Assembly (NCBI GenBank): GCA_051453625.1 | Contig: JBOZIK010000001.1 | Coordinates: forward strand, 16,033,935-16,077,032 | DNA from: Welwitschia mirabilis | Lineage: Eukaryota | DNA length: 43,098 nucleotides | Direction: 5' to 3' | Shown: one piece after another, positions 1-12,434 of the stretch | Position numbering within the stretch: the first letter of the stretch is position 1 | Layout of the letters: every line of letters starts with the position of its first letter | Notes under the pieces: model-generated | The model's database searches: none | Seen by the model: only the letters and a program-made list of their open reading frames with translations | What the model was told of the DNA's origin: nothing | Made by a program: the position numbers and the translations under genes

Positions 1-240
1 TGGAGTTAGCTGATTCATCTATTAAGAAATCCTTAGGAGTGATAAAGGACTTGGTCATTCAGATAGAGAAAGCTTTCTACTCCATAGATGTAGTCATTTT
101 AGAATTAAAAATCAAAATACATATCTCCTTCTTCTAGGTAGAGCTTTCTACACAACTGCCCATTGCATCATAGACACTAGAACTGGACTAATAAAATTTT
201 ACTTTGAAAACAAGTGATTTTTAATATGAGTCTTTGACGC
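1..240 (+). pseudogene. C-terminal part of Ty3/gypsy (Athila-type) aspartic protease region, element A
   Basis: Translates as ELADSSIKKSLGVIKDLVIQIEKAFYSIDVVILE, then ISLLLGRAF after a frameshift, resembling LADRSxxxPxGxxEDVLVxV...LLGRPFL. Homologous to 7540-7760 in element B. Confidence 0.8.
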
Positions 241-805
241 AGCAGAAAAAGATTTAGTTAACACTTTAGATTTGGAACAAAATCTAACATCTAGCCTATC
301 TTTATAAACCACTTCAAATATAAAGCAAATTATAAAAGAATAAATCATGTAAATAATAAGTGGAAAATGGTGTGTACAGATTAAAAACAATTGAAANNNN
401 NNNNNNNNNNNNNNNNNNNNNNNNNNNNNNNNNNNNNNNNNNNNNNNNNNNNNNNNNNNNNNNNNNNNNNNNNNNNNNNNNNNNNNNNNNNNNNNNNNNN
501 NNNNNNNNNNNNNNNNNNNNNNNNNNNNNNNNNNNNNNNNNNNNNNNNNNNNNNNNNNNNNNNNNNNNNNNNNNNNNNNNNNNNNNNNNNNNNNNNNNNN
601 NNNNNNNNNNNNNNNNNNNNNNNNNNNNNNNNNNNNNNNNNNNNNNNNNNNNNNNNNNNNNNNNNNNNNNNNNNNNNNNNNNNNNNNNNNNNNNNNNNNN
701 NNNNNNNNNNNNNNNNNNNNNNNNNNNNNNNNNNNNNNNNNNNNNNNNNNNNNNNNNNNNNNNNNNNNNNNNNNNNNNNNNNNNNNNNNNNNNNNNNNNN
801 NNNNN

Positions 806-890
806 GAACTCCACTGGGGTATCAGTTGGTCATGCTTCATGGGTCCTTACTCCTCTGACAGTGGTTGCACTTCCCTCGCATGGCAAAAGA
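806..890 (+). other. Conserved 3' non-coding motif, copy 1 (5' part lost in gap)
   Basis: gaactccactggggtatcagttggtcatgcttcatgggtcc aligns with 10897-10940 and 26470-26512. Confidence 0.8.
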
Positions 891-1909
891 AATAAAACAT
901 ATTTCCACTTGATTATTTCACTTTTGGAGATTCCAATGAGTTAGTAGGTAGAAATAGATGAGTCCATTTCTAAGTATCTTTTGATTTCACCTTTATTGTT
1001 CTACACACTTGAAACCTTGGATATCACCATGACCACTACCTTTTCAAATGAACTTTATCAAATTAATACATTTTGTCATGCATCTTTACTTAGGAACTGT
1101 TGATATTTTCATTTGGAGTTTGATACGTTAGTACTTATAATAGGTAAACATNNNNNNNNNNNNNNNNNNNNNNNNNNNNNNNNNNNNNNNNNNNNNNNNN
1201 NNNNNNNNNNNNNNNNNNNNNNNNNNNNNNNNNNNNNNNNNNNNNNNNNNNTTAATACATTTTGTCATGCATCTTTACTTAGGAACTGTTGATATTTTCA
1301 TTTGGAGTTTGCTACGTTAGTACTTAGAATAGGTAAACATTCTTCTTCATGTTTCTTGTGTCTATTTCTCCTTTGCTTTTCTTCTATTTTTATGTCTATC
1401 ATTTTCTAGTCATTTTTCCCATTTCTTCTTTCCTAATTTAATAGTTTTATTGTTTTTTATTTTAATCATTTTTAATTTTTGTTAGTTTAGACAATTCAAG
1501 ATGNNNNNNNNNNNNNNNNNNNNNNNNNNNNNNNNNNNNNNNNNNNNNNNNNNNNNNNNNNNNNNNNNNNNNNNNNNNNNNNNNNNNNNNNNNNNNNNNN
1601 NNNNNNNNNNNNNNNNNNNNNNNNNNNNNNNNNNNNNNNNNNNNNNNNNNNNNNNNNNNNNNNNNNNNNNNNNNNNNNNNNNNNNNNNNNNNNNNNNNNN
1701 NNNNNNNNNNNNNNNNNNNNNNNNNNNNNNNNNNNNNNNNNNNNNNNNNNNNNNNNNNNNNNNNNNNNNNNNNNNNNNNNNNNNNNNNNNNNNNNNNNNN
1801 NNNNNNNNNNNNNNNNNNNNNNNNNNNNACCTATCCTAGTTTTTATTGTTTGAAAAGTTGGCTTGCAAACACAGTTTATCATCTGGTTTTGTTAGGGATT
1901 GATAAGGCT

Positions 1910-1920
1910 AAGTGGAGGGC
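1910..1920 (+). promoter_or_regulatory. Polypurine tract of element A
   Basis: aagtggagggc then ta then TGTTG; same context as 12422 (aagtagagga-cta-TGTTA) and 28339 (aagtgggggagc-ta-TGTTG). Confidence 0.75.
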
Positions 1921-1922
1921 TA

Positions 1923-2990
1923 TGTTGTGACACCAACTTAAGTGTATTTGATAGTGTATTTTGAGTTTTTTTATAGATAAACTAATAGGTAAATGCCTAG
2001 TTCTTATAACAATTGAGAATCCAGGAACACAAGATGAAAACATGCAGTTTATCAAGATAATTCAAGATGATTTCATATAGATATGGATAAATTGTATTTT
2101 CNNNNNNNNNNNNNNNNNNNNNNNNNNNNNNNNNNNNNNNNNNNNNNNNNNNNNNNNNNNNNNNNNNNNNNNNNNNNNNNNNNNNNNNNNNNNNNNNNNN
2201 NATTCAAGATGATTTCATATAGATATGGATAAATTGTATTTTCAGATGATTATTCCTGTAAACAACCAGATATCACACTGACAAAAGATGAGTAGAAGAC
2301 TATCATCCCACATGTCATCCAGATGATAATTAGGATGATAACCCTATTTAGATATAAGACAGACTTAATTTCAGATGCCTTGCAGACTGAATTGAACATC
2401 TTCTCATAGACTCCATCATCCACCTCATCATCCGGATGACACTAATGGATAACATCTCCAATATTAGTCGATAATAGTTTACATGAAGATCATAGATAGT
2501 TAAACTGGAAGCAAACTAGATAACCCATTATAAATTCCTATCGTCTCCTCCATCGTTTGGATGACAACATGGATGACACTTTTATCCCACACTTTCACAG
2601 ATTGTATTCCTGAGTTGTTGCTTGTTAATTGTAACTTTTCCTTTTATGATAGCTAGAGTTTTTGTTATACTTTTATATTAGTCCTTTTCCCCTTTCTATC
2701 TATAAATGAAGGTCTTCCCCTCGATTCCTAATCATCTTCGATGATACCTGACATTCTTGTGACAAGAGATCTTGGGACCAAAGAACCATCTTGTAATCCA
2801 GAGAGATATTACCTTAGTGTTGGGTGGCATATCCTTCATTGAGGAATGACTACTTTGAGATTCAGATTCTCTTTTTACACTTTTAATATGAATTACTCTT
2901 TTTAATAATTGCAGGAACTTATTCCTCATAGTTTATGTTGTTATAGATTTGTGATAGGTTTCTTTAATTATATAGATTATGAGGGTAACC
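1923..2990 (+). mobile_element. 3' LTR of Athila-type element A (3' end in gap)
   Basis: Starts TGTTGTGACACC right after the PPT; TATA-like tataaat at 2701; 2700-2860 resembles the LTRs of element C (e.g. 21905-22060). Confidence 0.75.
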
Positions 2991-3977
2991 NNNNNNNNNN
3001 NNNNNNNNNNNNNNNNNNNNNNNNNNNNNNNNNNNNNNNNNNNNNNNNNNNNNNNNNNNNNNNNNNNNNNNNNNNNNNNNNNNNNNNNNNNNNNNNNNNN
3101 NNNNNNNNNNNNNNNNNNNNNNNNNNNNNNNNNNNNNNNNNNNNNNNNNNNNNNNNNNNNNNNNNNNNNNNNNNNNNNNNNNNNNNNNNNNNNNNNNNNN
3201 NNNNNNNNNNNNNNNNNNNNNNNNNNNNNNNNNNNNNNNNNNNNNNNNNNNNNNNNNNNNNNNNNNNNNNNNNNNNNNNNNNNNNNNNNNNNNNNNNNNN
3301 NNNNNNNNNNNNNNNNNNNNNNNNNNNNNNNNNNNNNNNNNNNNNNNNNNNNNNNNNNNNNNNNNNNNNNNNNNNNNNNNNNNNNNNNNNNNNNNNNNNN
3401 NNNNNNNNNNNNNNNNNNNNNNNNNNNNNNNNNNNNNNNNNNNNNNNNNNNNNNNNNNNNNNNNNNNNNNNNNNNNNNNNNNNNNNNNNNNNNNNNNNNN
3501 NNNNNNNNNNNNNNNNNNNNNNNNNNNNNNNNNNNNNNNNNNNNNNNNNNNNNNNNNNNNNNNNNNNNNNNNNNNNNNNNNNNNNNNNNNNNNNNNNNNN
3601 NNNNNNNNNNNNNNNNNNNNNNNNNNNNNNNNNNNNNNNNNNNNNNNNNNNNNNNNNNNNNNNNNNNNNNNNNNNNNNNNNNNNNNNNNNNNNNNNNNNN
3701 NNNNNNNNNNNNNNNNNNNNNNNNNNNNNNNNNNNNNNNNNNNNNNNNNNNNNNNNNNNNNNNNNNNNNNNNNNNNNNNNNNNNNNNNNNNNNNNNNNNN
3801 NNNNNNNNNNNNNNNNNNNNNNNNNNNNNNNNNNNNNNNNNNNNNNNNNNNNNNNNNNNNNNNNNNNNNNNNNNNNNNNNNNNNNNNNNNNNNNNNNNNN
3901 NNNNNNNNNNNNNNNNNNNNNNNNNNNNNNNNNNNNNNNNNNNNNNNNNNNNNNNNNNNNNNNNNNNNNNNNNNNNN

Positions 3978-4868
3978 GCAATAGACATCCCCTATGTCAT
4001 TCCCATAACAGTTAGGACAACAAAAAATTTTTTATAGTTGGAAAGAATTATCTTTGTAATGAGGTTAAGAAACTCATTTGGAATATTAGGGTTTCTTTTC
4101 TAACTTTTAGGGTTAAACTTCTAGAACTTCAATATAAAACTATAAATACCCTCTTCTTCCTTCATTTTTGTTTCCATCTTTTGTACCTGATATGCTTATG
4201 ATGTAAGATTGGATTCTAATAGCTAGAGAAAGGAGTTTTCTTGGTGTTAAGCTGAGTCTCTTCTATTTAAGTGCTACTATTTTATTACAAGTGGATGTAA
4301 AGTTATTTTAATTAATACAATTACTCTTTTCAATTCTAATTCTATTTATGTCCCTTATAGTTCTAGTTGGTTATAGTTTTAGTAATGATACCGTAATTTA
4401 CTTAGATTATAAGGGCAACCATTATTAAGGTTGACTATGGTTATTTTAGATTTGCATTGTTATTCCATTTCCATTCCACATTGCATTTCATATTCTATTT
4501 AGTATATTTCATAGTTCATGTTAATTAGAAATAAGGTAAGTACTCCTCTTAATTGATTTGAATTATATAGAAACTAGTTCTTAGGAGAGGAGGATTAGGA
4601 TCCAATAGAATTCATCCCACTTCCATTTGCATTTCATCTTTATTTACTTTGCATTGCATTTTACTTTATTATTTGATTTTAGTTATTAAAAGATAAAAAG
4701 AATAAAAATACATTTAGAAATAAAATTTATAACTCTAAGCCTAGTGCCTTCATTGAGATTACAACATTGGGGTAAACTCCCATCTATAATAGAGTGTGTT
4801 TTTTTAAGTGATTTGATTTATAGGTTTATCTTAAAGACTTTAGGATTACATAAATTCACACTGCAACA
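3978..4868 (+). repeat. 5' LTR of element B (start hidden in gap 2991-3977)
   Basis: Colinear with ~12780-13685; tataaata at 4141; ends ...cacactgcaaCA directly before the PBS. Confidence 0.9.
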
Positions 4869-4870
4869 TT

Positions 4871-4888
4871 TTGGTGCTATTGCTGATA
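4871..4888 (+). promoter_or_regulatory. Decayed primer-binding site (tRNA-Asp type)
   Basis: ttggtgctattgctgata follows the LTR end and differs from the Athila PBS TGGCGCCGTTGCCGGGGA mostly by C>T/G>A changes. Confidence 0.8.
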
Positions 4889-5440
4889 AAGGCTGCAAGG
4901 AGCTAAAGAATTATTACTAACCAGATAAGTACCTCGAATCTTATGTTTAGGTTATTTATCTAAATTAATATTGTATTTTTAATATAACTTAGAATAGGTT
5001 TACTTAAACAAAAGTTTTATTTTATATAGTTTTTAGGGACCCTCTCATTCTCTCTATTATCCCTATAACATTAGGCACAACAGTTCTAAAATTTCAAAAC
5101 AAATTTCTATTTTGACAATTTTTATTTTGTTCATAGTTTATTAATAAAGTTGCTATCATTTTCTCTCTTGTCTCCATGATAGCTTAGATAATAGTCTTCT
5201 ATTTTTATTTTTAGAATTTTGCAGTTTTTCTTTTTTTTTTTAATTTTAAATAAGTTACTATTATATTCTCTATCATACTCGTGATAGCTTAAATGATGGT
5301 CTAGTTTTTTGCATTTTCTGTAATTTTTTTGAATTTTAATTTTCTATTACTATCACCATCGTCCTTCCTGTTAATCCCATGATCAAGTAAATGATAGTTT
5401 ATTATTTTTAATTTTAGTTTTTTTTATTAGTTGTGTGAGC

Positions 5441-7000
5441 ATGTAAAGACATGGTGAATTCTGATAAAAAGACAAAATATCAGAGAGAGTAGATCTGATT
5501 AAAGAAAACATCAGAGAAGAATTATTTGACTTTGAGCTAAATCCAGGAATGCACATTGTAAGTATGCAAATTCCCAAAATTAAAAAGGAAGATTTTTTTG
5601 CTTTTATTATTTTAAAATTAAATTATGTAAAACAAAATTATAGTCTAAAAGTAAATCATGTTATTCCTTCTTTGAATATATCGAATGTATCAGAATCTTC
5701 ACAAAAGAAAAAGTAAGTTAGTTTATCTAATACCTCAATAGTAATAGAAACTTCTTTCTTGAATGCAAATGTCACTCTTAGAGATTTAATTTTTTATAGA
5801 AAACATGAAATTGAAAATCCCTTTGATTTACCTCTTGAAGATGATATAGAATTAAAAAATTTAAATGCATATCCAACTTTTTCAAAGAAACCTAAGAAAG
5901 ACCCTTTCCAATATTTATCTAACATTTAACAACTTGTGCTTACATTGAAAAATGAAAAAGAACATATTAGTAACAATATCTACATAATTATTTTTCCAAT
6001 CACATTTAGAGGAAGAGCTAAAACTTGCCTTAAAACAATTTCACATAAAAGTCTTAAATCTTAGTTAAGTGCAAGAAGTATTTATCAAATGATTTTTAAG
6101 TAAAATTTTTATGATAAGAAGAAGAAATGAAGTAACCAACTTTCAATAATAACATTATGAGGATTATGAAATATCCTATGAACATTTTATAATAGCTAGC
6201 CATTTCAACCTTATTAATGAACTTCATAAAGAAGAATTAGTAGATTATTTTTACATTAAATTGAATGTTCAAACTAAATAACTTGTAGATTTTTCTTGTG
6301 AAGGTAACTTGTTTAACTTAGTCTTAAAAGAAGCATGGAGTGTGTTGGAAAATCTTATAGAAATAAGTCAAACTTAGCCTAAACCCTCTAAAGAAAATTT
6401 AACTATAAGTTAAATCTTAAAATATTTAAAGAAAGTGAAACATGACAAATAAGAAAAAAAAAAAGACTCAACCAAATTAATGAAAGATTTTACTACTACT
6501 TTAGATAAGTATACACAAATTATAGTCAATGCAAAAGTAGTAAAAAATGAAGACTCAATCTCAAATTGTGAAATTTGTGAAGATAACTCTCATCTAATTA
6601 CAGATTATTTATTATTACCAACTTGTAAGGAGAGGATGTTTGAGGAATTTAGTGCTTTTAACTATAGAACATTTAATTTTAACAGTCAATCACAATTTTA
6701 ACAAAGATTAAATGAGCTATATTAATGGAAACCTTTTGAAAATAGATTCAGAAATTACAACTTTCAACCTAGTTTTCAACAAAACTAGAATAATCCACTT
6801 AGAGAATCCATAGAAGAGATGAGAAAAGTGCAAGAAAAAACTCATAGCAACATTTAGAACTTAGTAAATGTGCTCCAATAAATAAAGCATGCCAACAAAA
6901 GACCACACAGGTCTATTACATCTCAATGTTTACCCAATTCAAATAAAGTTAAGAAAGATTTTAATGTATTCACATAAAGTGGAAATGATACAATACCTCC
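5441..7000 (+). pseudogene. gag: gag pseudogene of element B
   Basis: Fragments KEDPFQYL (~5895) and FPITFRGRAKT (~5992) resemble Retrotrans_gag EDPxxHL and FPFSLxxxAKxW; lies between PBS and protease. Boundaries approximate. Confidence 0.7.
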
Positions 7001-7399
7001 TACTCATGAGGTTTCAACTTGTAAAAAAAATGAAATGAATGAATAGGATGATGTAGAAATTTTATATTGATAAAACCTTTCATCAACATCACCTACTAAA
7101 ACCTCCACTAGAAATACCTCATAAGAAAATAGAGAGAAAAAACCATTCACTCTTTGGCTTGATCGATTGAGTAAAAATCCTACCTTTAATGAATACTTAA
7201 AAAATTTAATGGAAGAGGTAAACTTCAAATTATATTTTATAAACTCTTGTAAGAAAATCATAAATATTATAAGTTATAGAAGAACTTAATAATAAGAAAG
7301 AAAAAATGTATCATTCCTAGCAAAGTTTTGTTTTTCTCAATCTCTTACTAACTTAGTTATAAAAAGGTGTCCTAAATTTAAAGACCGTACAATTACAAC

Positions 7400-7790
7400 T
7401 ATGAATGTTACCTTAGAAGGAAATAAAAGAATTTGAAAAGATTTAATTGACATAAGAACAAGTTCAAACATCATAAATCTTCACATATATAGGAGACTTA
7501 GATTGAAAAGTAGAATAGAACCTACATAAATTATCTTAGAATTGGATGATATCTAAATCAAGAAACCATTAGGAATTATCAAGGACTTAGTTATCCAAAG
7601 TGAAAAAGCTTTTTATCTCATATATGTTATCATCATTGAGATTAAACATGATGGAGGTTATCCACTCCTTTTAGGAAGAGCCTTTTATGCAACTATCCAT
7701 TGTATTATTGATGCATGATCTGAGATGATTAGATATCAATTTGGCAATAGACAATTTTCCATTAGAGTTTTTGATGATATTGAAAAGGAT
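7400..7790 (+). pseudogene. Aspartic protease pseudogene of element B
   Basis: LIDIRTSSNII (~7443, cf. LxDLGASVNL) followed by KPLGIIKDLVIQ and PLLLGRAF. Confidence 0.75.
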
Positions 7791-8169
7791 AAAGGAACTG
7801 AGTTCAACCTTGAAGATGAAATGAAACCAACCTTGTTTTTATAACATTGACTAATTAACGAGAAATTAATCATGTTACATAAACCAACTTTCTATGATAA
7901 CCCCACTAAAACACATTGTATTAAGTCTAAGGATTAAAAACACACTGACTAGGAATAAACTTAACATTATTACTTAGTAGAAAAACGTTTTGCAAAGTGT
8001 CATTCCACGTCTATTATCCCAATCATAGACAGGATAATAAATCAAAATATCATCCTTAAAAAAATATATTTTTATATTTAAAAAATAAACAAAACCCTGA
8101 TAATTAGTTATCTTCTCACTTCTTAAATTTAAAAGAAAAAGTCCTTACTTGAACACATATATACTTAAC

Positions 8170-9513
8170 TGTCATTTTCCTTTTCATAGTTCAATAGAAG
8201 ATTTACTCACATATAATGCTAAACCTATTAAGCAGCCTAAAGAGAACTCAATATGGCACTTAAGAAAATCATTAAAGATGAAATCATTAAATTTATAGAT
8301 GTCAGAATCATATATTCCATATCTGATAGTGAGTGGATTAGTCCTTTAATATTATTTCCAAATAATGGGGGGAAATATAGAATGTGCATCGATTTTAAAA
8401 ACCTTAATGAGGTCACTAGAAAGGAGTATTATTCTTTATCCTTTCTTGATTAAGTATTTGATATAATCCAAGGTTATTCCTACTATTGTTTTCTTAATGG
8501 ATATAATGGTTATAATAAAATTTGTATAGCAAGTAAAGACCAAGCTAAAACCACATTCACCTCACCCTTTTGGAATCTTTGCTTTTAGATGAATCCCTTT
8601 AGACTTTGCAATGCCCCTTGAACCTTTTAACGAGTCATGATTAGGATCTTTTCTGATATGATAGAGGATTATATTAAAATATTTATGGATGACTTCTCCA
8701 TTTTTGGTGATATGTTTGAATAAAGTATAGAGAGATTAGAGAAAGTCCTAGATCAATGTATTAAGAGTGGCTTACATTTGAGTTGGGAAAAGAGTTTTTT
8801 CCTTGTCAACCATGGCATTCTCTTAGTTCATCAAATTTTGAAAGAAGGGATTAGAATGAATCCTACAAAAGTTGATATCATTAAAAATCTTACCCCTCTA
8901 ACTAATGTCAAACAAATTAGATCTTTTCTTGGTCATGTTGATTTTTATCAATGTTTTATTCATGATTATGCCAGAATTTATAAACCCCTTCACTCATTAC
9001 TTGAAAAAGATATTAAATTTGATTAGAATGATTCATACCAACTTGTATTTAAAACACTCAAAGAAAACATTTCTTATGAACTTATTATCATGGGTCTCGC
9101 TTGGAGTAAAGATTTTAAGCTTATTTGTGACACACATAACATTACTGTGGGGGGGTTCTTAGTTAAAAATATGAAAATGGTTTCAAATTCATATATTATC
9201 TTAGTAAAGCTTTGTCATAAAACCAAACCACCTAGACTACTACTAAGAGGGAAATGCTTGCCATTATCTTTTCCCTAGATCATATTCGACATATCTTCTT
9301 GGTTTTTATATTAATATTTACATAGATCATACAACCATCTACTATCTCATGATTAAAAAATACTCTAGTTCTAGACTTATTAGGTGGATTTTTCTCATAC
9401 AAGAATTTAATCTTACCATCATTGATAAGGCTAGAAAACATAACAGTATTGCTAATCATCTATTTTGACTTTCTTACTATCATGATGAAGTTCCCTTTAA
9501 TGATTCTTTTCCA
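8170..9513 (+). pseudogene. pol: Reverse transcriptase and RNase H pseudogene of element B
   Basis: IIYSISDSEWISP, YRMCIDFKNLN, DQAKTTFTSP, FMDDFSIFG (8682), LTNVKQIRSFLGH, LICD, IYIDHT; includes supplied ORFs 8253-8453 and 8778-9026. Confidence 0.92.
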
Positions 9514-10194
9514 TGAATCATAATTAGTGATCAGGGAACTCATTTCATTAATTACCTTTTGTAAAAACTTCTTTTACCTATTAGTGTTGAACATAGAATT
9601 ACATGTGCCTATCATTCTCAAACTAATGTCTAAGCTAAAAACACAAATAGAGAACTAAAAAAGATGCTTTAGGAATTAGTCTATATCAATAGAAAAACAT
9701 GGTCTTCTAAACTTAATGATGTTAATTAGGCTTACTATACTACACTCTTTAGGTTTCTTACCATATGAACTTATGTATAGAAAAGGTTGGATTTTATTGG
9801 TTAATGTTTGCTATAACTCTTGTTGATCCACCCATCAACTCAACTTCGTAGACTTAAATGGAAATCTTAAAACTCGATTGGTTCAACTTGACCATTTAGA
9901 TAAAAAACATTCTCATGCTTTACATCATCAACTCATTCATAAGGCTTAAGCCAAGGTTAGACATGATTAGAAGATGATTTATAAGCAATTTAATCCTAGT
10001 CAGCTATCCTTTTGTATAACACCCAAGTACACCTTTTATAAAACAAGTTAAGTTATAAATGGTTAGGTCCTTATCTTATAGAAAAAGTAAATTCAAATGG
10101 CTCAATTGAAATATCTAATCCAAACACTCAATAAATTTAAAAATTTAATGGACAAAGGTTAAAAATTTATGAATCATCTTCTAATGAAACTTGA
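9514..10194 (+). pseudogene. pol: Integrase core and C-terminus pseudogene (N-terminus deleted)
   Basis: IISDQGTHF, AYHSQTN..A.NTNRELKK and KWLGPYLIEKVNSNGSIEI...FNGQRLKIY (GPY/F motif, Athila-like VNGQRLK tail). Confidence 0.88.
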
Positions 10195-10810
10195 ACATGA
10201 TGAAAGCACTTATTTTGGAAGCCCCTATTAATGAGGACAAACTTCTCTTGTTATTGTTTAAATTTCTACTTAACTCATTCCTTAAATAAACATTATGTTA
10301 TCACTTGAATATTTTTAAACTTGATAAGATGTATTTACTTATAATGTTTTCATGATTAGTAATATTTTACTTCAGTATTTAGATGATCAAGATTGACTTC
10401 ATTCAATCTTTAAACATTCTAGCTTTATGAACTTCATTTTGAAGGAAGATGCCTTACTTTGTTTGTTTTCTTTCAATAGTATGAGTAATTAGTTGGTTTT
10501 GCATGTTTTTACTTTGTTACTCATCTCATTACTTCACTTTTATCCTTACAAGTAATTAGTCATGTAAAATATTACCATTAAAAAAAAAAGAAAAGAAAAT
10601 AAAAGAAGAAGAAAAAGAAGGTGGTGTAGNNNNNNNNNNNNNNNNNNNNNNNNNNNNNNNNNNNNNNNNNNNNNNNNNNNNNNNNNNNNNNNNNNNNNNN
10701 NNNNNNNNNNNNNNNNNNNNNNNNNNNNNGGGTTGGGGAGATAGAGAAGAAAAAAGGGGAAGAAAAGAAAAAGAAATAAAAACCATGTTATTTCATCTTA
10801 TATCTCAAAA

Positions 10811-10975
10811 ACATGGTCACCATGATGTTCTACCATAAGTGCACTAGGGCAAATTTTCCAAGAAGGGCCTTTGGCAATGTGATATAGTAACTATGAAAAC
10901 TCCACTAGGGGGTCAGTTGGCTATGCTATATGGGTTCTTATGCCTCTAATAGTGATTGAACTCTCTACATGATTG
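10811..10975 (+). other. Conserved 3' non-coding motif, copy 2
   Basis: catggtcaccatg...aactccactagggggtcagttggctatgc, downstream of a purine-rich run; aligns with 806-890 and 26392-26555. Confidence 0.8.
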
Positions 10976-12421
10976 TTAGATAAATTGCATTTTAAGGTTA
11001 TAAGATCAGTGGTGTATCTAGTGTTATCAAAGTTATTTCTTGTTTTTTAGGCTCATTTTATTTATTTATTTATTTATAGTACTTTCACATGATCACTCTA
11101 CTTTTTGGATTCTACTATTATTTTAGTATAGTAGCTTGTAAGTTCTTATTTTAATATATTTTTATCTTATCATTCATTGTTTGATAACATTAGATATATT
11201 TAACATTATCATAATTTTGAGTAATACTTTATAAGTTTTTGCGTACTCTCATGCATATTTCATCAAGTGATTTTATTATTATTGCCAAGGGAATTTATTA
11301 GTTTAGAATTTATGGTAAGTAAGCAATATTTTTTGTGTTTCTAGTTGTCCATTTTCCTTTTGATTTTATTTAGCTATTTTATTGGATTTTTCAATGTCAT
11401 TTCCCATACTTTTTCAACATAATATTATGGATCTAATCATTTCCTAGTTTCTTCTTGTTGTGTTTTCCTAGTTTATATAGAGGATTGATTCTTGCTAGGT
11501 TTCCATTAATTGACGAGTTATAATTCTTCTTTTTCCATGAGTTTGGGCACATTTGTGAAGTTTATGAGCTTGTTTCTTTATACTTAGTATATTTTCTTTG
11601 ATTTTTACACTTTCCTCCGTGCATCCCTCTTCATCATGGACATGTTTTTTAGGCTATTTCTTTAATTTCTCTTTTTTTCTATTTTTCTATTATTTTCTCA
11701 TGTGTTTATCTATGTTTTGAATTTTTCTGATTTCTCTTTTCTCTCTAAATAGCATTATTGATTACTATCGTCCCACATCTGTCATTCCCATAATAGAAGG
11801 GATGACACTCATCCTTTATCTTTAGTGCAGTTTGAGACATCTTTCTTATCCTATGAAGGGGATAAAGGACATCTTTTTAGGCCTTATTTTCTGATTTTAA
11901 GCATAAATTTTTGATAAGATCATGTTTTGAGCTTTCACATTATATTAACATGATGAGTTATTTAGATTTATTTTTCATGTTAATTGAATAAATTTATGGA
12001 CTTCATCTAATAAGAGTACATTACCATACTCTTAGATCATTCTTGTAGCTAAAAAAAGAATTCTATATCTACTCTTGTTATTTTTCCCTTATGGATTACA
12101 CTAATGAACTTAAAATACATCACTATTTTGAGATTAGGACTACTTAAGTCTCTTACATCAGTCCATTATTACTATTTCTATAATATGCATATACATTATC
12201 ATTCCCTAAGCTATTCATGTTACATTTTATGATTTTCTATGTGTATGAAATTCATTCTATGGTGACGGATATTTTTAGCATTTGTATTAATTAATTTTTT
12301 TATGATATCTATGCTTACTTAATTTAATTAAACTTAATTACATCTTTTTAGTGTTATTTATCTTAGTTAAATTGGATTTCAATATAGTTTATTACTTACT
12401 TTATCAGGGATTGACAAGGCT

Positions 12422-12431
12422 AAGTAGAGGA
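12422..12431 (+). promoter_or_regulatory. Polypurine tract of element B
   Basis: aagtagagga three bases before the TG start of the 3' LTR. Confidence 0.75.
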
Positions 12432-12434
12432 CTA

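Noticed and set aside
806..890. Conserved motif as a hammerhead, twister or HDV-like ribozyme
   Set aside because: I could not place CUGANGA/GAAA cores or the required pseudoknots, so it is left unclassified.
1063..1340. 89-bp near-identical direct repeat either side of a 100-N gap
   Set aside because: Typical unmerged contig overlap, not a biological duplication.
2060..2243. 42-bp exact direct repeat either side of a 100-N gap
   Set aside because: Same assembly artefact.
199..4037. Long ORFs in the supplied track (e.g. 199-840, 360-944, 2909-4015)
   Set aside because: They are open only because they run through N gaps.
10200..12420. env-like ORF expected in some Athila elements
   Set aside because: T-rich, no sustained frame and no recognisable motif.
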